The translations under genes and the position numbers were made by a program. From an uncultured virus (IMG/VR IMGVR_UViG_3300027782_000069) (taxonomy: Duplodnaviria > Heunggongvirae > Uroviricota > Caudoviricetes), in IMG/VR virus record IMGVR_UViG_3300027782_000069: DNA of 64,000 nucleotides. One strand, written 5' to 3'. Positions 24,901-35,400 of this stretch are shown in pieces. The notes under the pieces are model-generated. The model saw nothing but the letters and a program-made list of their open reading frames with translations. It searched no databases and was not told where the DNA came from. How positions within the stretch are numbered: position 1 is the first letter of the stretch; every line of letters begins with the position of its first letter.

Positions 24901-27895
24901 ACAATTTGTTTATCCTATAGTACTTAATTCAAATCAATTCAAACTTGCAACCAAACAAGAATATGCAAATGCCGGAGTTTTTGTTACCTTTACTTCTTAT
25001 GGATCTGGAAATGCACATAAGTTGGAGATGAATAAAAAAGTTGAGAGAAGTATTATTTCTCTTGATGGCATTATTCAACAACCAATTACATATACTCCCG
25101 TTAGACATACTTTAGCAAATAATACTGGACAAATTAGTATTGGATCTAGTATGTTCAGTTTGAGTGGTATTTCAACTTTACAACCAAGAGATGTTTTAAA
25201 AATTGATAACGAATATATGAAGGTTGTTTCAGTTGGATTTGGATCTACTGCAAGTGGACCAATTACTGGAATAGGGACATTTCCACTTGTTAAGGTTATT
25301 AGAGGATCTGTTGGATCTTCGGCAACTTCTCACACTGATGGTTCTACAGCTCAAATTTATAGAGGATCATTTAATATTGTTGGTAGTAAGGTTTACTTCT
25401 TAGATCCACCAAAAGGAAACACTCGTTCCAGAAGAGATACTAGTAACCTACCATATACAAAGGCAGAGTTTTCTGGAAGAGTTTTCCTTAGAAAAAATTA
25501 CTCAACAAATATTCTTTTTGATGATATTTCCGATCAGTTTACTGGTATTGGAAAGACCTATACATTATCTGTTCAGGGTGCTAATACTACTGGTATTACC
25601 ATTGGTAATGGTATTCTGTTTATTAATGGAGTTTTTCAAACCCCAACAACTACAAATAATGCAGGAAATAACTACACATTAACTGAAAATGCAGGTATTT
25701 CTAGTGTCATATTCAGTGGTATTACTTCAGCAAATGGACAATATATTCAATCAGAGTTTGATATTAATCAAAACCAACTTCCACGTGGAGGACTAATCGT
25801 TTCTCTTGGATCTACTCCAGGATTAGGATATGCACCATTGGTTGGATCTTCTGTTACCGCAGTCATCAATCCAGCAACTGGAAGTATTGTATCCGTTGGT
25901 CTTGGATCTACAGATATTCTTGGATCTGGATATAGAGGAATTGTCTCTATTGGTGTTACTCAATATGGTGGATTTATTGGTTCTGCTGCCACTATCACAG
26001 CAACAGTTGGTGCTGGTGGAACATTAAGTTTCAATGTTTCTTATGGTGGAACAGGATATACAAATCCATACATTCAAATTCCCCAACCTTCATATCAAAA
26101 TCTAGAAGTTATCGGAGTTTCCAGATTGGGAATTGGAACAACAACTAATACAGGAAAAAATCTACTAGTAACAGTAGATATTGGTTCAAGTAAAACAACA
26201 GGAATAGGATCAACATTATTCCAAGTTTCTTCTTTTAGTATTGCAAGATCTGGACATTCTTTCAAAGTTGGAGATGTATTCAAACCCGTTGGTCTTGTGA
26301 CTGCAAAAGGATTAAGTTCACCCATTAATGATTTTGAATTAACTGTTGTAGAAACGTTTAATGATTATTTTTCTGCTTGGCAGTTTGGTGAAATGGATTA
26401 TATTGACTCGGTTAGATTTTTACAAGATGGGTCGAGAAAAAGATTCCCATTATACTACAATGGTCAATTATTGAGTTTTGAAGTTGATCCTGCAGATTCA
26501 GTTTCAGCAGAGATTGATCTAAATGCAGTTCTCATTATCTTCATTGATGGCGTTCTTCAAGTTCCAGGAACAGCATATCAGTTTGAAGGTGGAACTTCAT
26601 TCACATTCACTCAACCACCAAAGGAAAGTGATAAGATTGATATTTTCTTCTATCTGGGAACCAGAGGTGTTGATATTGAGATTATTGATGTCAATGAAAC
26701 AATTAAATTTGGCGACAATCTCACCGTATATAAAAATCCAAATTATCTTAATTCAATTTCTCAAGACAATTCAAGAATCATTTTAGATATTATTGGATCA
26801 GATCTTGTAGAAACTGATGTCTATGTTGGTAGGGGAGTTGATGCAGATAACTATAAACCTATGGAATGGGAAAAACAAAAAGTTGATAAAATTATTAAAG
26901 GAGATTATATCTACAAAACTAGGGATTCTATAGAATCTCAAATTTATCCAACTGCAAAGATTATTAAAGATCTTAATAGTTCTTCATCTGAAATATTTGT
27001 AGATAATGCAGAGTTCTTCAATTATGAAGAAAATAATTATGGTATTACAATTAATACTTTTGATAGTTTGATTGTTGCTGGAAATGATCCTGTTGCCGCA
27101 GCAATGAGTGCAACCGTTTCTGTTGGGGGAACTATTCAGTCTATTATAGTAACTAATCCTGGATATGGATATAGCACTTCTCCAGTTACTGTTAAAATCT
27201 CAAATCCTAAAAAAATTGGAGTTGGTATTGGAACAACTGCTACAGCATCTGCAACAATTGTTAATGGTGGAGTTACTTCAGTAACTATCACAAATCCTGG
27301 TTTTGGATATACAATTGCTCCACAAATTATTATTGAAACTCCAAAATATAGTCATGAACTTGTAACTGATATTGCATATGTTCAAGGATTCTCGGGTATT
27401 ATTACAGGAATAACTACATCAGTAGGAGCAGGTGGACACCCATTAGCACTCAAGTTTTTCTTTAGAGCAAATGCTGCCACTGCAAGTGATCTTATTGCAA
27501 ATTATCCCGTTCTTATTGTTGATACAAAGGTTGGAAGTGGTGTTACTTCAGTTGGAACTTCAGACTCTTCTATTGTTGGTATCGGTACATTATTCCTCGA
27601 TAACGTCTATAATGTAAGTAGTATTAGTAATTTGGGTCCAGATGCTGTAATGGTATGTAATGTAAAAACTTCAAGTAACATTATTGGCATTAATACGTAT
27701 GGATCTCTAACTAATCCTTTAGGAAGAATATCTTGGGGACGTTTATATGACCTAAAACGTTCATCTTCGCCAGTTTCTATTGGAGTTACTGGACTTGTAG
27801 TAGATGCTGGATTATCAACGTTCCCAACAATTCAAAGAAGAAAGTTTGGATTGAGGAATAGTGGAGCGATTAGAAAGATTTCAAATACGATATAA
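15962..27895 (+). CDS. gp7: giant baseplate wedge initiator, gp7-like (3977 aa)
   Basis: lies between gp6 and gp8; FYQAKG..SFRILFNVLYG, DNDYYQNLSY...LHPAG; repeated beta-rich modules. Confidence 0.75.
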   Translation: MFESDFEKRVQINEIIENQLPEFILEESPKTADFLKQYYISQEYQGGSVDIAENLDQYLKLDNLTPEVITGSTTLSYDISSSAGVVTVTSTKGFPAQYGLLKINDEIITYTGVTTNTFTGCVRGFSGITNYSSGISSYTDSVNNNDLVFSTSSSDSHSKNEKVTNLSSLFLQEFYKKLKYFLTPGLENSDFVSDLDVSNFIKEARSFYQAKGIQESFRILFNVLYGEDARVIDLESFLIKPSTAKFIRREVLITELISGDDPTRLVGQTIKKSTDERTQASVSEVEILTRTNKTYYKVSLFVGYNEKDLIEGTFTIPGKTKALETVSIGSSIISVDSTIGFGQTGNIISGNNKIYYTSKSVNQFFGCSGVTEQISQISDIKSDEVIYGYEGGDTSKKVELRITGVLSKFTSTSDIYLADEKELISIKNIGKVIKNPSVDRTYEEIFANSWIYNTSSRYQVFTISGSTFTLLSVIDKSSLKVGDTVDILKRGSNIVVASNATVSTVNLPLNQVILSNIYGFVYDPYADYDIRRNIKKATSLGAELQYGNSKIISDVLNVYTENNDYGYVASNSLPSYTITQNISESVLAEANGSYLQGYNTQTYRYSILSFTSNVPFLNGDAIIYKPSNLTIPGLISGERYFVKLVGTYPTNQIKLYISPSFLSGDSYVEFDTLPTGSGSHSFILEKDAARFVGSKNILRKFPLNQSLSVSGHVPSNTTRLGLLCNGVEIVSSKSDDKIYYGPLSEFNVLNSGKDYDVVNPPNITISSPSIGTTALVVPVISGIVTAVLVDPQDFDVDQILSVSLTGGNGSGCLLQPVVGQRYRELQFDSRDIFFGGGIDFSDETITFTSNHNLKDGEPIIYSQNGNNPIGVGTFKGSNNFTSTSTLISGSKYYAKVINTKTIRLYNKLSDYSAGINTIGITTSNTSGIHKFRTISKKTLRSITVLNSGEGYQFRKLYVKSSGISTYYDTVSFKNHGFNTGDLVEYSTTGTSVSGLSTSNQYYILKSDENSFKLVDAGIGASITSNYIRSKVVNLTSTGSGYHIFKYPDISVNINVSYGSTYSGNFTLTPVISGKIIDAYLYESGSDYGSNILNLQRKPVITLKNGKDAELKPIIVDGRISSVQVMSKGSEYYSTPDIIVTGSGSGAILRPVIENNKLVNVVVINSGIGYTATNTSLQVNPKGSGALFDCRIRSLTLNRQFKYQTEYFSDFGDTLSYNLLGYSQDFGESVFSDNGLNHSPIIGWSYDGNPIYGPYGYSTPNDNSSALKILKTSYTLDANNINNRPSGFDAGFFIEDYVYTNSGDLDICNGRFAKTPEFPNGVYAYFAGVSTSVITNKLEPAYPYFIGDFYRSSLIDENFILDQSFDFNNSGLARNTFPYKVQDEYADNDFIIESNEIIKQLSSIESVTKGSVDSLEVLGGGDGYKIGDYTVFDDNNTNGTGIKAVVSTLVGKDILSIDTNLQRYENCIFIFDGTSSIAVYQSTYNQLNDGDNVIISGLSSSILNLNGTFKVGVSTEKIKLFKEIPSNVIPTGDVEDIYVSQIPNSISIGSSLSVDGEILKVLNTYSEGSILRVKRFGVGSAHTLGSFVNILSNRFSINTQTPQFDSTLNDKIYFNGQQSVGLGTTSGMAIQVTYTIGETSKQISIPTQSIYLPNHPFKNGQRLTLTKNPSVDSFIVGNAPSGSTYFLPDNFTATSTVYVIAKSKDYIGLTTVVGLTTNTNGLYFYSNGSNDYEYLLQSNFNQVTGNVDRIISSIRTSEPHGLQNGDTIKLEVTPNTSVGIGTSTSIKVKYNSEFAKLILNPVGFTSSQINNVTNKITLTSHNFKTGDKVLYSSTDKIASGLNTGIYYVYKIDSNTIHLTETYYDTQLDSPNIVSIIGIGGSQHSLGLVNPPIEVIRKSNLVFDLSDSSLINSKFKLFYDKDFNNEFLSTKENSSFNIVGFGTVGVTQTSSLTLNYSDGFPSKLYYNLERSGYISTSDSDVKDSSEIIFKNSTYNGTYNVFGIGSTTFNISLTNVPESYSYTPSNCDKIEYSASSENIVGSVKSLRLLSKGFNYKKLPKFVKIQSENGNNANILPLSNSIGRIKDVRILDIGYEYPSDKTLRPEAFISPIITLEKSDTIKEVNVLYGGRNYLSPPNLIVFDPVSNTVVDSSSLGCEVPNSTIFKVNILGPIYGLESTNQRIIAINNSNGVGISSMITSASGIVTCILSTPLNGFTKQPFVIGDEIFVEGVERYTSDGTGFNSSDYNYQFFNISLYENTNPAKLEFNISGLTTNPGFAKTYQSGYATIINKNIYPIFENIQTRSSFELGEQLYTDIGSGFVEKDIYITDSRKDYIKIKGTYDLSKGERIKGRKSGVIASIKDISSNSGKFEIDYSSRQDYGWEDNIGKLNEDYQVTTDNDYYQNLSYTIKSSIEYDKFIDPVNRLLHPAGLKNFADTSIESTVNGSVSYASTTNDVVILDISEEKRVDNINNFDFGLDYDIRQDKSKYLKFKNRKLTDYTKCKTNRVLIIDDISSRFSSKGYQDLFTDICTIDDNFEKYLVQIINPDNFETQLTELIVLSTENDVLTLEKGSIYSKNKLGDLEAQIDTFDRKTLRFTPYELYDSDHDIKVLKLNFNTDLSGIGTQSIGFISLTGSNNIISSGTTSTIASYSLSTFDSIFANIQIFNTITRKINYLEVLLDYDGTNTYISEYYFDSGSESSSQRYVGILTATANPITNRISLDFTNDQAESLLIRSNVVGFGSTVSGIGTYRFRIPGQLDELERSARLESTYSVGISTRTVCNLKYDLDSGLKSLVKVSCGKTSSLHQVMLINDKSDSYILQYPFVSTGSTSGIGTFGSERSGNVLSLKFYPDPIFNSNIEVQSYNEILYTENDFVNENPPILYGSATQSLFLSSYDGINGNRANKTDFDLKFNGTSIYFKTFDPTNSLQLQASTGIFTIPNHFFNTGEEINYTPESSYASIGASAVGIGSTANYLGIVTNRLPQFVYPIVLNSNQFKLATKQEYANAGVFVTFTSYGSGNAHKLEMNKKVERSIISLDGIIQQPITYTPVRHTLANNTGQISIGSSMFSLSGISTLQPRDVLKIDNEYMKVVSVGFGSTASGPITGIGTFPLVKVIRGSVGSSATSHTDGSTAQIYRGSFNIVGSKVYFLDPPKGNTRSRRDTSNLPYTKAEFSGRVFLRKNYSTNILFDDISDQFTGIGKTYTLSVQGANTTGITIGNGILFINGVFQTPTTTNNAGNNYTLTENAGISSVIFSGITSANGQYIQSEFDINQNQLPRGGLIVSLGSTPGLGYAPLVGSSVTAVINPATGSIVSVGLGSTDILGSGYRGIVSIGVTQYGGFIGSAATITATVGAGGTLSFNVSYGGTGYTNPYIQIPQPSYQNLEVIGVSRLGIGTTTNTGKNLLVTVDIGSSKTTGIGSTLFQVSSFSIARSGHSFKVGDVFKPVGLVTAKGLSSPINDFELTVVETFNDYFSAWQFGEMDYIDSVRFLQDGSRKRFPLYYNGQLLSFEVDPADSVSAEIDLNAVLIIFIDGVLQVPGTAYQFEGGTSFTFTQPPKESDKIDIFFYLGTRGVDIEIIDVNETIKFGDNLTVYKNPNYLNSISQDNSRIILDIIGSDLVETDVYVGRGVDADNYKPMEWEKQKVDKIIKGDYIYKTRDSIESQIYPTAKIIKDLNSSSSEIFVDNAEFFNYEENNYGITINTFDSLIVAGNDPVAAAMSATVSVGGTIQSIIVTNPGYGYSTSPVTVKISNPKKIGVGIGTTATASATIVNGGVTSVTITNPGFGYTIAPQIIIETPKYSHELVTDIAYVQGFSGIITGITTSVGAGGHPLALKFFFRANAATASDLIANYPVLIVDTKVGSGVTSVGTSDSSIVGIGTLFLDNVYNVSSISNLGPDAVMVCNVKTSSNIIGINTYGSLTNPLGRISWGRLYDLKRSSSPVSIGVTGLVVDAGLSTFPTIQRRKFGLRNSGAIRKISNTI

Positions 27896-27898
27896 ATA
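27891..27898 (+). promoter_or_regulatory. T4-type late promoter
   Basis: TATAAATA upstream of gp8. Confidence 0.8.
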
Positions 27899-27916
27899 TA
27901 AAAAAAAGATCTTAAG

Positions 27917-29470
27917 ATGTCAGCAATTGTTACTGATCAATTTAGAATTTTAAATGCTAATAATTTTGTCGAGTCTATCGAAAACTCTGCAAATTCTTAT
28001 TACGTATTTTTGAGTCTACCAAATCCAACTATAGTCGGTTTTGGTAGATCTGATGATTGGAATACCAATACTCCAGCACCAATTGATAATTTTTCATATA
28101 ATTCTCATGCTGGTGATGTGATGATGTTTGGTAAGAAAGTTTCTTCTGCCAATGTCAAAAGAATCGTGAGGAGGATTGATTGGACCAGTGGAACAAGATA
28201 TGAAATGTATCGCCATGATTATAGTATTTTAAATCCAACACCATTAACAAAGGCTGCAAGATTGTATGATGCAAACTATTATGTAATGAACTCTGACTAT
28301 AGAGTTTATATTTGCATCGATAATGGATCATCAGGAATCGGCACAGTTGGGAATGTTTCTCAAGATGAACCAAAATTTACTGATTTGGAACCATCCAGAG
28401 CAGGAGATAGTGGAGATGGTTATATTTGGAAATATTTGTTTAGCATATCACCAAGTGATATTATTAAATTCGATTCTACCGAATATCTCACTGTTCCAAA
28501 TAATTGGTTATACACTACAGATTCACAAATTAGGGCAATTAGAGAAAATGGTGATTCTACGGTAAATGAAAATCAAATAAAAAAAGTTTATATTGAAAAT
28601 TCTGGGGCAAATTACGCTAATGGTTTGGGTCAAGAATTGAATATTCTTGGAGATGGAACTGGTGCTAAAGTAAGTGTTGATGTTGTAAGTGGTAGAATAT
28701 CAAATACTGTAGTATCTTCTGGCGGTAAGGGATATAGTTATGGTATGGTTGATTTGGGATCACTCAATTCCAATGCTGCAGGAAGTTATGCAACATTAGT
28801 TCCTATTATTCCACCATCAAGAGGTCACGGATACGACATATATAAAGAACTTGGAACTGATAAAGTTTTAATCTATGCAAGATTTGATGATTCTACTAAA
28901 GATTTTCCAATTGATACCAAATTTGCTCAAGTTGGAATTGTAAAAAATCCAACTTCAATTGGATCAACTCAAATTTATACTGATAATACATTTTCTTCGG
29001 TGTATTCACTAAAATTAACTTCTGTTAGTGGAACTCCATCAGTGGGAGAAAAAATTTCACAAATAGTAACTGATGGAAAGGCATTTGGATATGTTGCTTC
29101 TTATGATACCGAAACGAAAGTTCTAAAATATTTTAGAGATAGATCATTATATTGGAATCAGACAACTCTAAATCAAAAAGATTACATTGGAATTTCGACA
29201 AATGGTAAAATATTTGATTTTCAAACATCTTCAGCGTTGATTATTGGATCAAACTCTGGATTTACTGGTTCTATTGATACTTCATTTAGTGGAATTACAA
29301 CAAATCCAACTGGAACAAAATTAATCAATCTTGGAGTTAATTTCACAAATGGGGTAGCAAGTCCCGAAATAAATAAAGGATCGGGAGAAATTGTCTATAT
29401 CGACAATAGACCAATAATCAGCAGAAACTCTCGCCAAAAAGAAGATATTAAAATCATCCTGGAATTCTAA
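27917..29470 (+). CDS. gp8: baseplate wedge subunit gp8
   Basis: MSAIVTDQFRILNA, YRVYICIDN, DGYIWKYLF, C-terminal RQKEDIKIILEF. Confidence 0.9.
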   Translation: MSAIVTDQFRILNANNFVESIENSANSYYVFLSLPNPTIVGFGRSDDWNTNTPAPIDNFSYNSHAGDVMMFGKKVSSANVKRIVRRIDWTSGTRYEMYRHDYSILNPTPLTKAARLYDANYYVMNSDYRVYICIDNGSSGIGTVGNVSQDEPKFTDLEPSRAGDSGDGYIWKYLFSISPSDIIKFDSTEYLTVPNNWLYTTDSQIRAIRENGDSTVNENQIKKVYIENSGANYANGLGQELNILGDGTGAKVSVDVVSGRISNTVVSSGGKGYSYGMVDLGSLNSNAAGSYATLVPIIPPSRGHGYDIYKELGTDKVLIYARFDDSTKDFPIDTKFAQVGIVKNPTSIGSTQIYTDNTFSSVYSLKLTSVSGTPSVGEKISQIVTDGKAFGYVASYDTETKVLKYFRDRSLYWNQTTLNQKDYIGISTNGKIFDFQTSSALIIGSNSGFTGSIDTSFSGITTNPTGTKLINLGVNFTNGVASPEINKGSGEIVYIDNRPIISRNSRQKEDIKIILEF

Positions 29471-29472
29471 AA

Positions 29473-32400
29473 ATGCCACAAAAAACTAACTTAAATATCA
29501 GTCCATATTTTGATGATTTTGACAAGAATGATAATTTTTATAGGGTTTTATTTAAACCTGGATATCCTGTCCAAGCAAGAGAATTAACAAATCTTCAATC
29601 TATCTTACAGAATCAGATAGAATCGTTTGGAAGTCATATATTTAAAGAGGGATCGATGGTGATCCCGGGATCAGTAACTTATGACAATAGATATTTTTGT
29701 GTCAAAGTTAATCCAGATCATTTGGGTATTGATATCACAGTTTATTTGAAAGATCTTATCGGCAAAAGGGTTAAGGGACAAGATTCTGGTATTATAGCTT
29801 CTATTAAGAACTATACTTTACCACCAGATGAAGGTATTGAAGATATAACCATTTATATAAAATATTTGGATTCTGGAAATGATTTCCAAATCTCCCAGTT
29901 TCCCGATGGCGAAATTTTAATCTTAGAAGAAAATATTACTTACGGAAACACAACTATCAATTCTGGAGATACCATACTTACAGTATTATCTCAAAATGCA
30001 ACCGCAGTTGGATCTGCAGTTGGTTTAGATCAAGGTGTATATTTTATTAGAGGAACATTTGTTGATGTACAGAAAGATCAAATTGTTCTAGAACCATATT
30101 CAACAACTCCATCTTATAGGGTTGGTTTGAATATCTTAGAGGAAATTGTTACTGCAAATGATGACACTACTCTAAATGATAACGCTAGAGGATTTTCAAA
30201 CTATGCTGCACCAGGAGCAGATAGATTTAAAATTAGCGTAAATTTAACAAAAAAATCTTTAGATGACTTTGAAGATACTAATTTTGTTGAGCTTGTAAGA
30301 GTTGATCGTGGTGAAATTAAAAAACTCCAAAATGCAACAACTTATTCGGAGATTCAAAAGTATCTTGCTAAAAGAACATTTGAAGAATCTGGAAATTATG
30401 CTATTGATCCATTTACGGTTGATGTTTTAAACTCTTTAAATGATGAGATTTCTTCCCAGGGCGTTTATGTAGAATCACAAAAAACGGAAGAAGGAAATAC
30501 ACCATCAGATGATTTGATGTGTGTGAGAGTTTCTCCAGGGAGAGCATACGTTAAAGGATTTGATGTTAGTCTTGATGGATCTAGAATTATTGATGTTCCA
30601 AAACCAAGAACTACCAAAACCATAAATGAAGCCCTAATCCCATTTGAAATGGGAAATCGTTTAAAAGTTAACAATGTCTATGGAACTCCCATCATAGGAT
30701 TGTCAAATACAAATACAATTAAACTATACAATAAAAGAAGAAATACATCAACTACAAACGCAGGAACTGGAACTCAGATTGGTGAGGCAAGAATATATTC
30801 ATTTGGTGTCTCTGATGCGCCATATTCAAATGCCACCACCGAATGGGACCTATATTTGTTTGATGTGCAGACATATACTGCATTAACATTATCATTGGGA
30901 ATAACCGGAACTGAATGTCCAGCAACTTCTTATGTTCGTGGTCTAAGTAGCGGGGCTTCTGGATATGTTGTTAGTGATCCAAGTTCAACGTTGGTAACTT
31001 TAACACAAACTTCTGGAAACTTTCTTGTTGGGGAACAGATTATCATTAATGAAAATCTAGAAACTACCAGAAATATTCAATCAGTAACAGCATATACTAC
31101 TTCAGACATCAAATCCGTTTATCAAGACTCTAACGGAATAAATGCGTCGATGGGATGTGATTTTATCGCAGATACTGTTTTATACCGCACAATTCCTAGT
31201 GGATTTAATTTAACTGACAGAATTAGTGTCACTACTGGAGGAATAGTTACTTGCCCCGGTAGAACTTTCTTAGGAATCAAAATAGATTCTATTATTAGAT
31301 ATCAAAAAGCTGGATCTTCAACAGAAACTTTTAATAGAGTATCGGCAGTTGCTGGAGATGGACTGTCGATGACTGTTGTAGCACTAGATTCTGATGTTTC
31401 TGGAATATGTGATAAAACTCTTCCATCGTCAGCAACAGAAACTACAACATTTTCAATCGGCAATCCACAACTATTGAATGTTGATAAAGCATCTTTATAT
31501 ACTCCATTACCAAAGAAAAATATATCAAGTGTTGGTTTAGATAATTCTAACCTACTTATAAGTTCTCAAGTTACAGGCAAATCCACAAATGCAAATGGTC
31601 AACTCACAGTTAACCTTTCGGATGTAACAGGAATTACGAGTGCATTTTTCGAGGCATATGATGCAGAAAAATATTCCATTCATTATTCCAACGGTACTAT
31701 AGCAGCAAATACTTCATCACAGTTTAGTTTGGGATCTAATGGAGGATCTGTAACTTTTACCGGATTAACCGCAAGTCAATCGAATGTTAGTGTTAATGTA
31801 ACTCTGAAGAAAAGTAGGATTAGTTCGAAATCAAAGAATTATATTCGTAGTGAAAAACTTGTAATTGATAAAACTAGTGGAGTTTCAACAGTAACAAGTG
31901 GACTGACCACAAGTAAGTATTATGGTCTAAGGGTTGAAGATGCAGAAATTTCATTAAATCTTCCAGATGTTGCAAATGTTATAGCAATTTATCAGTCGGT
32001 TGATACAAATCAACCAATCTTAGATAAACTAACTTTTGTTAGTGGATTGGCATTGGATACAAATACAATTGTTGGTGAAAAAATCATTGGTTCTAAGAGT
32101 AGAGCAATTGGTCAATTAGTAACTAGAAGTTCTCCAACAGAAATTGAATTTGTATACTTAAATTCTAGATTATTTGAAGTTGGAGAAACTGTTACATTTA
32201 AAGAATCCAATATTGAAACGAATATTCAAGGTATTACAAAAGGATCATATCTAAGTTTAACAAGTAATTATACTCTAGATAAAGGGCAAAAAGATCAGTA
32301 TTGTGATTATTCTAAACTTGTAAGAACTCAAGGTGGAATAGTGCCATCAAAGCAACTTCTCGCAATCTTTAATTATTATCAAATTCAAAGTGGTAATAGT

Positions 32401-35400
32401 GGAGATATTTTTACGGTAAATTCATATACTAAAGATAGATTTACAAATGATATTCCACTTTTATCAAATAATCTAAGAGCAACTGATACTCTCGATTTTA
32501 GACCAAGAGTTAGCAAATTCACTTCAACTTCAGCATCACCATTTGCATTTTCAAGTCGCAGTTTTGAATCGACTGTTAACTATATCATAACCCCAAATGA
32601 AAGTTCATTAGTTGGATATAGTTATTATTTGCCAAGAATTGATAAGGTAACGCTCAATAAACTTGGTCAGGTATCAGTTATTGTTGGAGCTCCAGCAGAA
32701 GTTCCTGCTCCACCTGTAGATGTTGATGATGCAATGGATCTCGCAGAAATTACTCTGCCAGCATATCTTTATGATCCTAAAGTTGGTGTTAACTACAAAC
32801 TTTATGATAATAGAAGATTTACAATGAGAGATATTGCTGCTCTCGAATCTAGAATTAAAAATATAGAAATCAATACGAGTTTGAATCTTCTCGAATTGGA
32901 TACTCAATCTCTTCAAATTCAAGATGCTGATGGTTTAAGTAGATTTAAAACTGGATTTATTGCTGATGACTTTAAAAATTTGGATTTAATAGATACAAAA
33001 AATGCGGATGTCAAGTGTGATGTTGACACTTCTAAAGGAGAATTAATTTCTCCAGTTGATTTTTGGTCTATCAATTCTGAACTAGCTCTTGATTCTGGAA
33101 TAGACAGAACAACTGCAGATTACAGCACAAATCTAAAACTTTTAGATCCAAATACAAGAAAAACAGGAGATCTAATCACACTTAACTATGAAGAAGTTGG
33201 TTGGTTAGAACAACCACAAGCATCAAATGTGGAAAATGTGAACCCATTTAACGTTATTGAGTATGTTGGTGGCATTTTCTTAGATCCAGCAGCAGATAAC
33301 TGGGTTAGAACCATTTATGTAGATGATGTTAGAACGGAATCTACTGGTGCTCAATGGGTAGAAAAGTCGAATACTGCTACAGATGTGAATGTTGATGTTC
33401 AAAATATAGGTGGCGATATAGCAACAACAACTACAACAACAAGAACAACATCATTTACAAATGTTCTGGAAGGTCCTTCCAGAGAGTTTACTTATGTTGA
33501 AAGTGTTAAAATATCTGGGGATACAGATCCTTGGATGAGATCTAGAAACGTTTATTTTGCTACTAGTGGATTAAAACCATTTACACAACACTATCACTAT
33601 CTTGATAAAATTGCAAATGTGGATTTTGTTCCTAAACTTATGGAGATTGAAATGATCTCAGGAACATTCCAAGTTGATGAGATTGTAAGAGGTCATTTGG
33701 GAAGTGAAGGTTTAGTTATTAGATTTATCTGTAGGGCACCAAATCACAAACAATCGATTGTTCCCGAACTTTCAACTTCAACATATACTGTCAGTCCATA
33801 TGACAGAACTTCAACTCTAGGAACTTCTTATTCACCATCCTCTACGGTTTTAAATGTTGGTGCAAGACTTCTTGCAACTGATATGACGAATTATGGTGGA
33901 TTTGTCGTTCCTGGCGTAATATTGAGTGGTGAAAGTAGTGGAGCAGTTGCTAGAGTTACTAATGTAAGATTAATTACTGATAATTATGGTGATCTAGTTG
34001 GAACCTTCTTTATTAGAGATGCAAATCTTACTCCACCACCACCGATTAAGATACAAAGTGGACAGAGAGAGTTTAAGATTACTGCGGCACCTCCAGGTAT
34101 CACTCCATTACCAGGAAGCACAACTTATGCAAGTAATGCCTCAACAACTTATAGTGGTAGTGGAGTTATTTTACATCAAAATACAAACACCGTTAATGTT
34201 AGAAATCCACCCAAACCTTCAGATAGACCATCTGAGGTTGATGTAAATGTTGATGTTAGTGTTGAAAGAAGAAGAGCAGGAAAAGATCCTCTAGCACAAT
34301 CATTTACGGTTGATGAAACTGGTGCATTCTTAACAGGAATGGATGTTTATTTTGCTACTAAGGATCCAAATGCAAAACTTTTTGTTGAAATAAGAACTGT
34401 TGAACTTGGGACACCGACCAATCAACTTGTTCAGGACTATGCAAGAACTGCTCTTGAACCAAATCAAATAAATGTTTCAAGTGATGCTTCGGTTCCGACA
34501 AGAATAACTTTCCCATCACCAATTTACTTGGAGTCTGGCAGAGAATATGCTGCAGTATTCTTAGCACCAACTTCCGATTTATTTGAAATGTGGGTTGGAA
34601 CAATGGGCAAGAAGACTGTAAGAACTTCGAATCTTCCAGATGTTCAAAGTGTAGTTGTAACTAAACAGTATAGTGGTGGAAGTTTGTTCAAGTCCCAAAA
34701 TGGTACTATTTGGACTGCTAGCCAATATCAAGATCTCACATTTAAACTTTATAAAGCTAAATTTGTAAAAACGGGTGATGTAGTCTTTTATAATGGTGGT
34801 GTTGATGCTGGAAGTAAAAATGTTTCAAATATCCCAAATAATGGCATTAAAACGCTTCCAAAGAAACTTAAAGTTGGTATTACAAACACATCTTCTTTGG
34901 GTGCAATACTGACTCCAGGTAGAAAAGTTGGTGAAGGTGCAACCAATGCCACTAGCACAACTGGTATTATTGAAAAAATTGGTGGACCTATAAACACTTT
35001 AGGTGTTACAACAGGAATTGGTTACTCTGGTTCTTCAGCAACATACTCAAGTGTTCCCCTATATTCTATTAGTGGAAATGGTTCTGGTGCATTAGCAGAC
35101 ATTACTACAAACTCTAGTGGAACAATTACTGGGGTCTCTATTGTTTCAGCATCAAAAGGAAATGGATATGCACTTGGTGATTCTCTTGGTGTCACAACTA
35201 GTTATTTTGGTAAGGGATCTGGTGCTGTTCTTACAGTTTCTGCTGTTAATGGTATCGATACTTTGTATCTTACCAATGTTCAGGGTGAATCATTTACAAA
35301 TGCTCAAGATCTAATATATTATGCAGGAACTACTAGAACAACTTCAGGTACAACTATTAGAGGATCTTCTTCGCAAGTAAATGATTTATATTCTGGAAAG

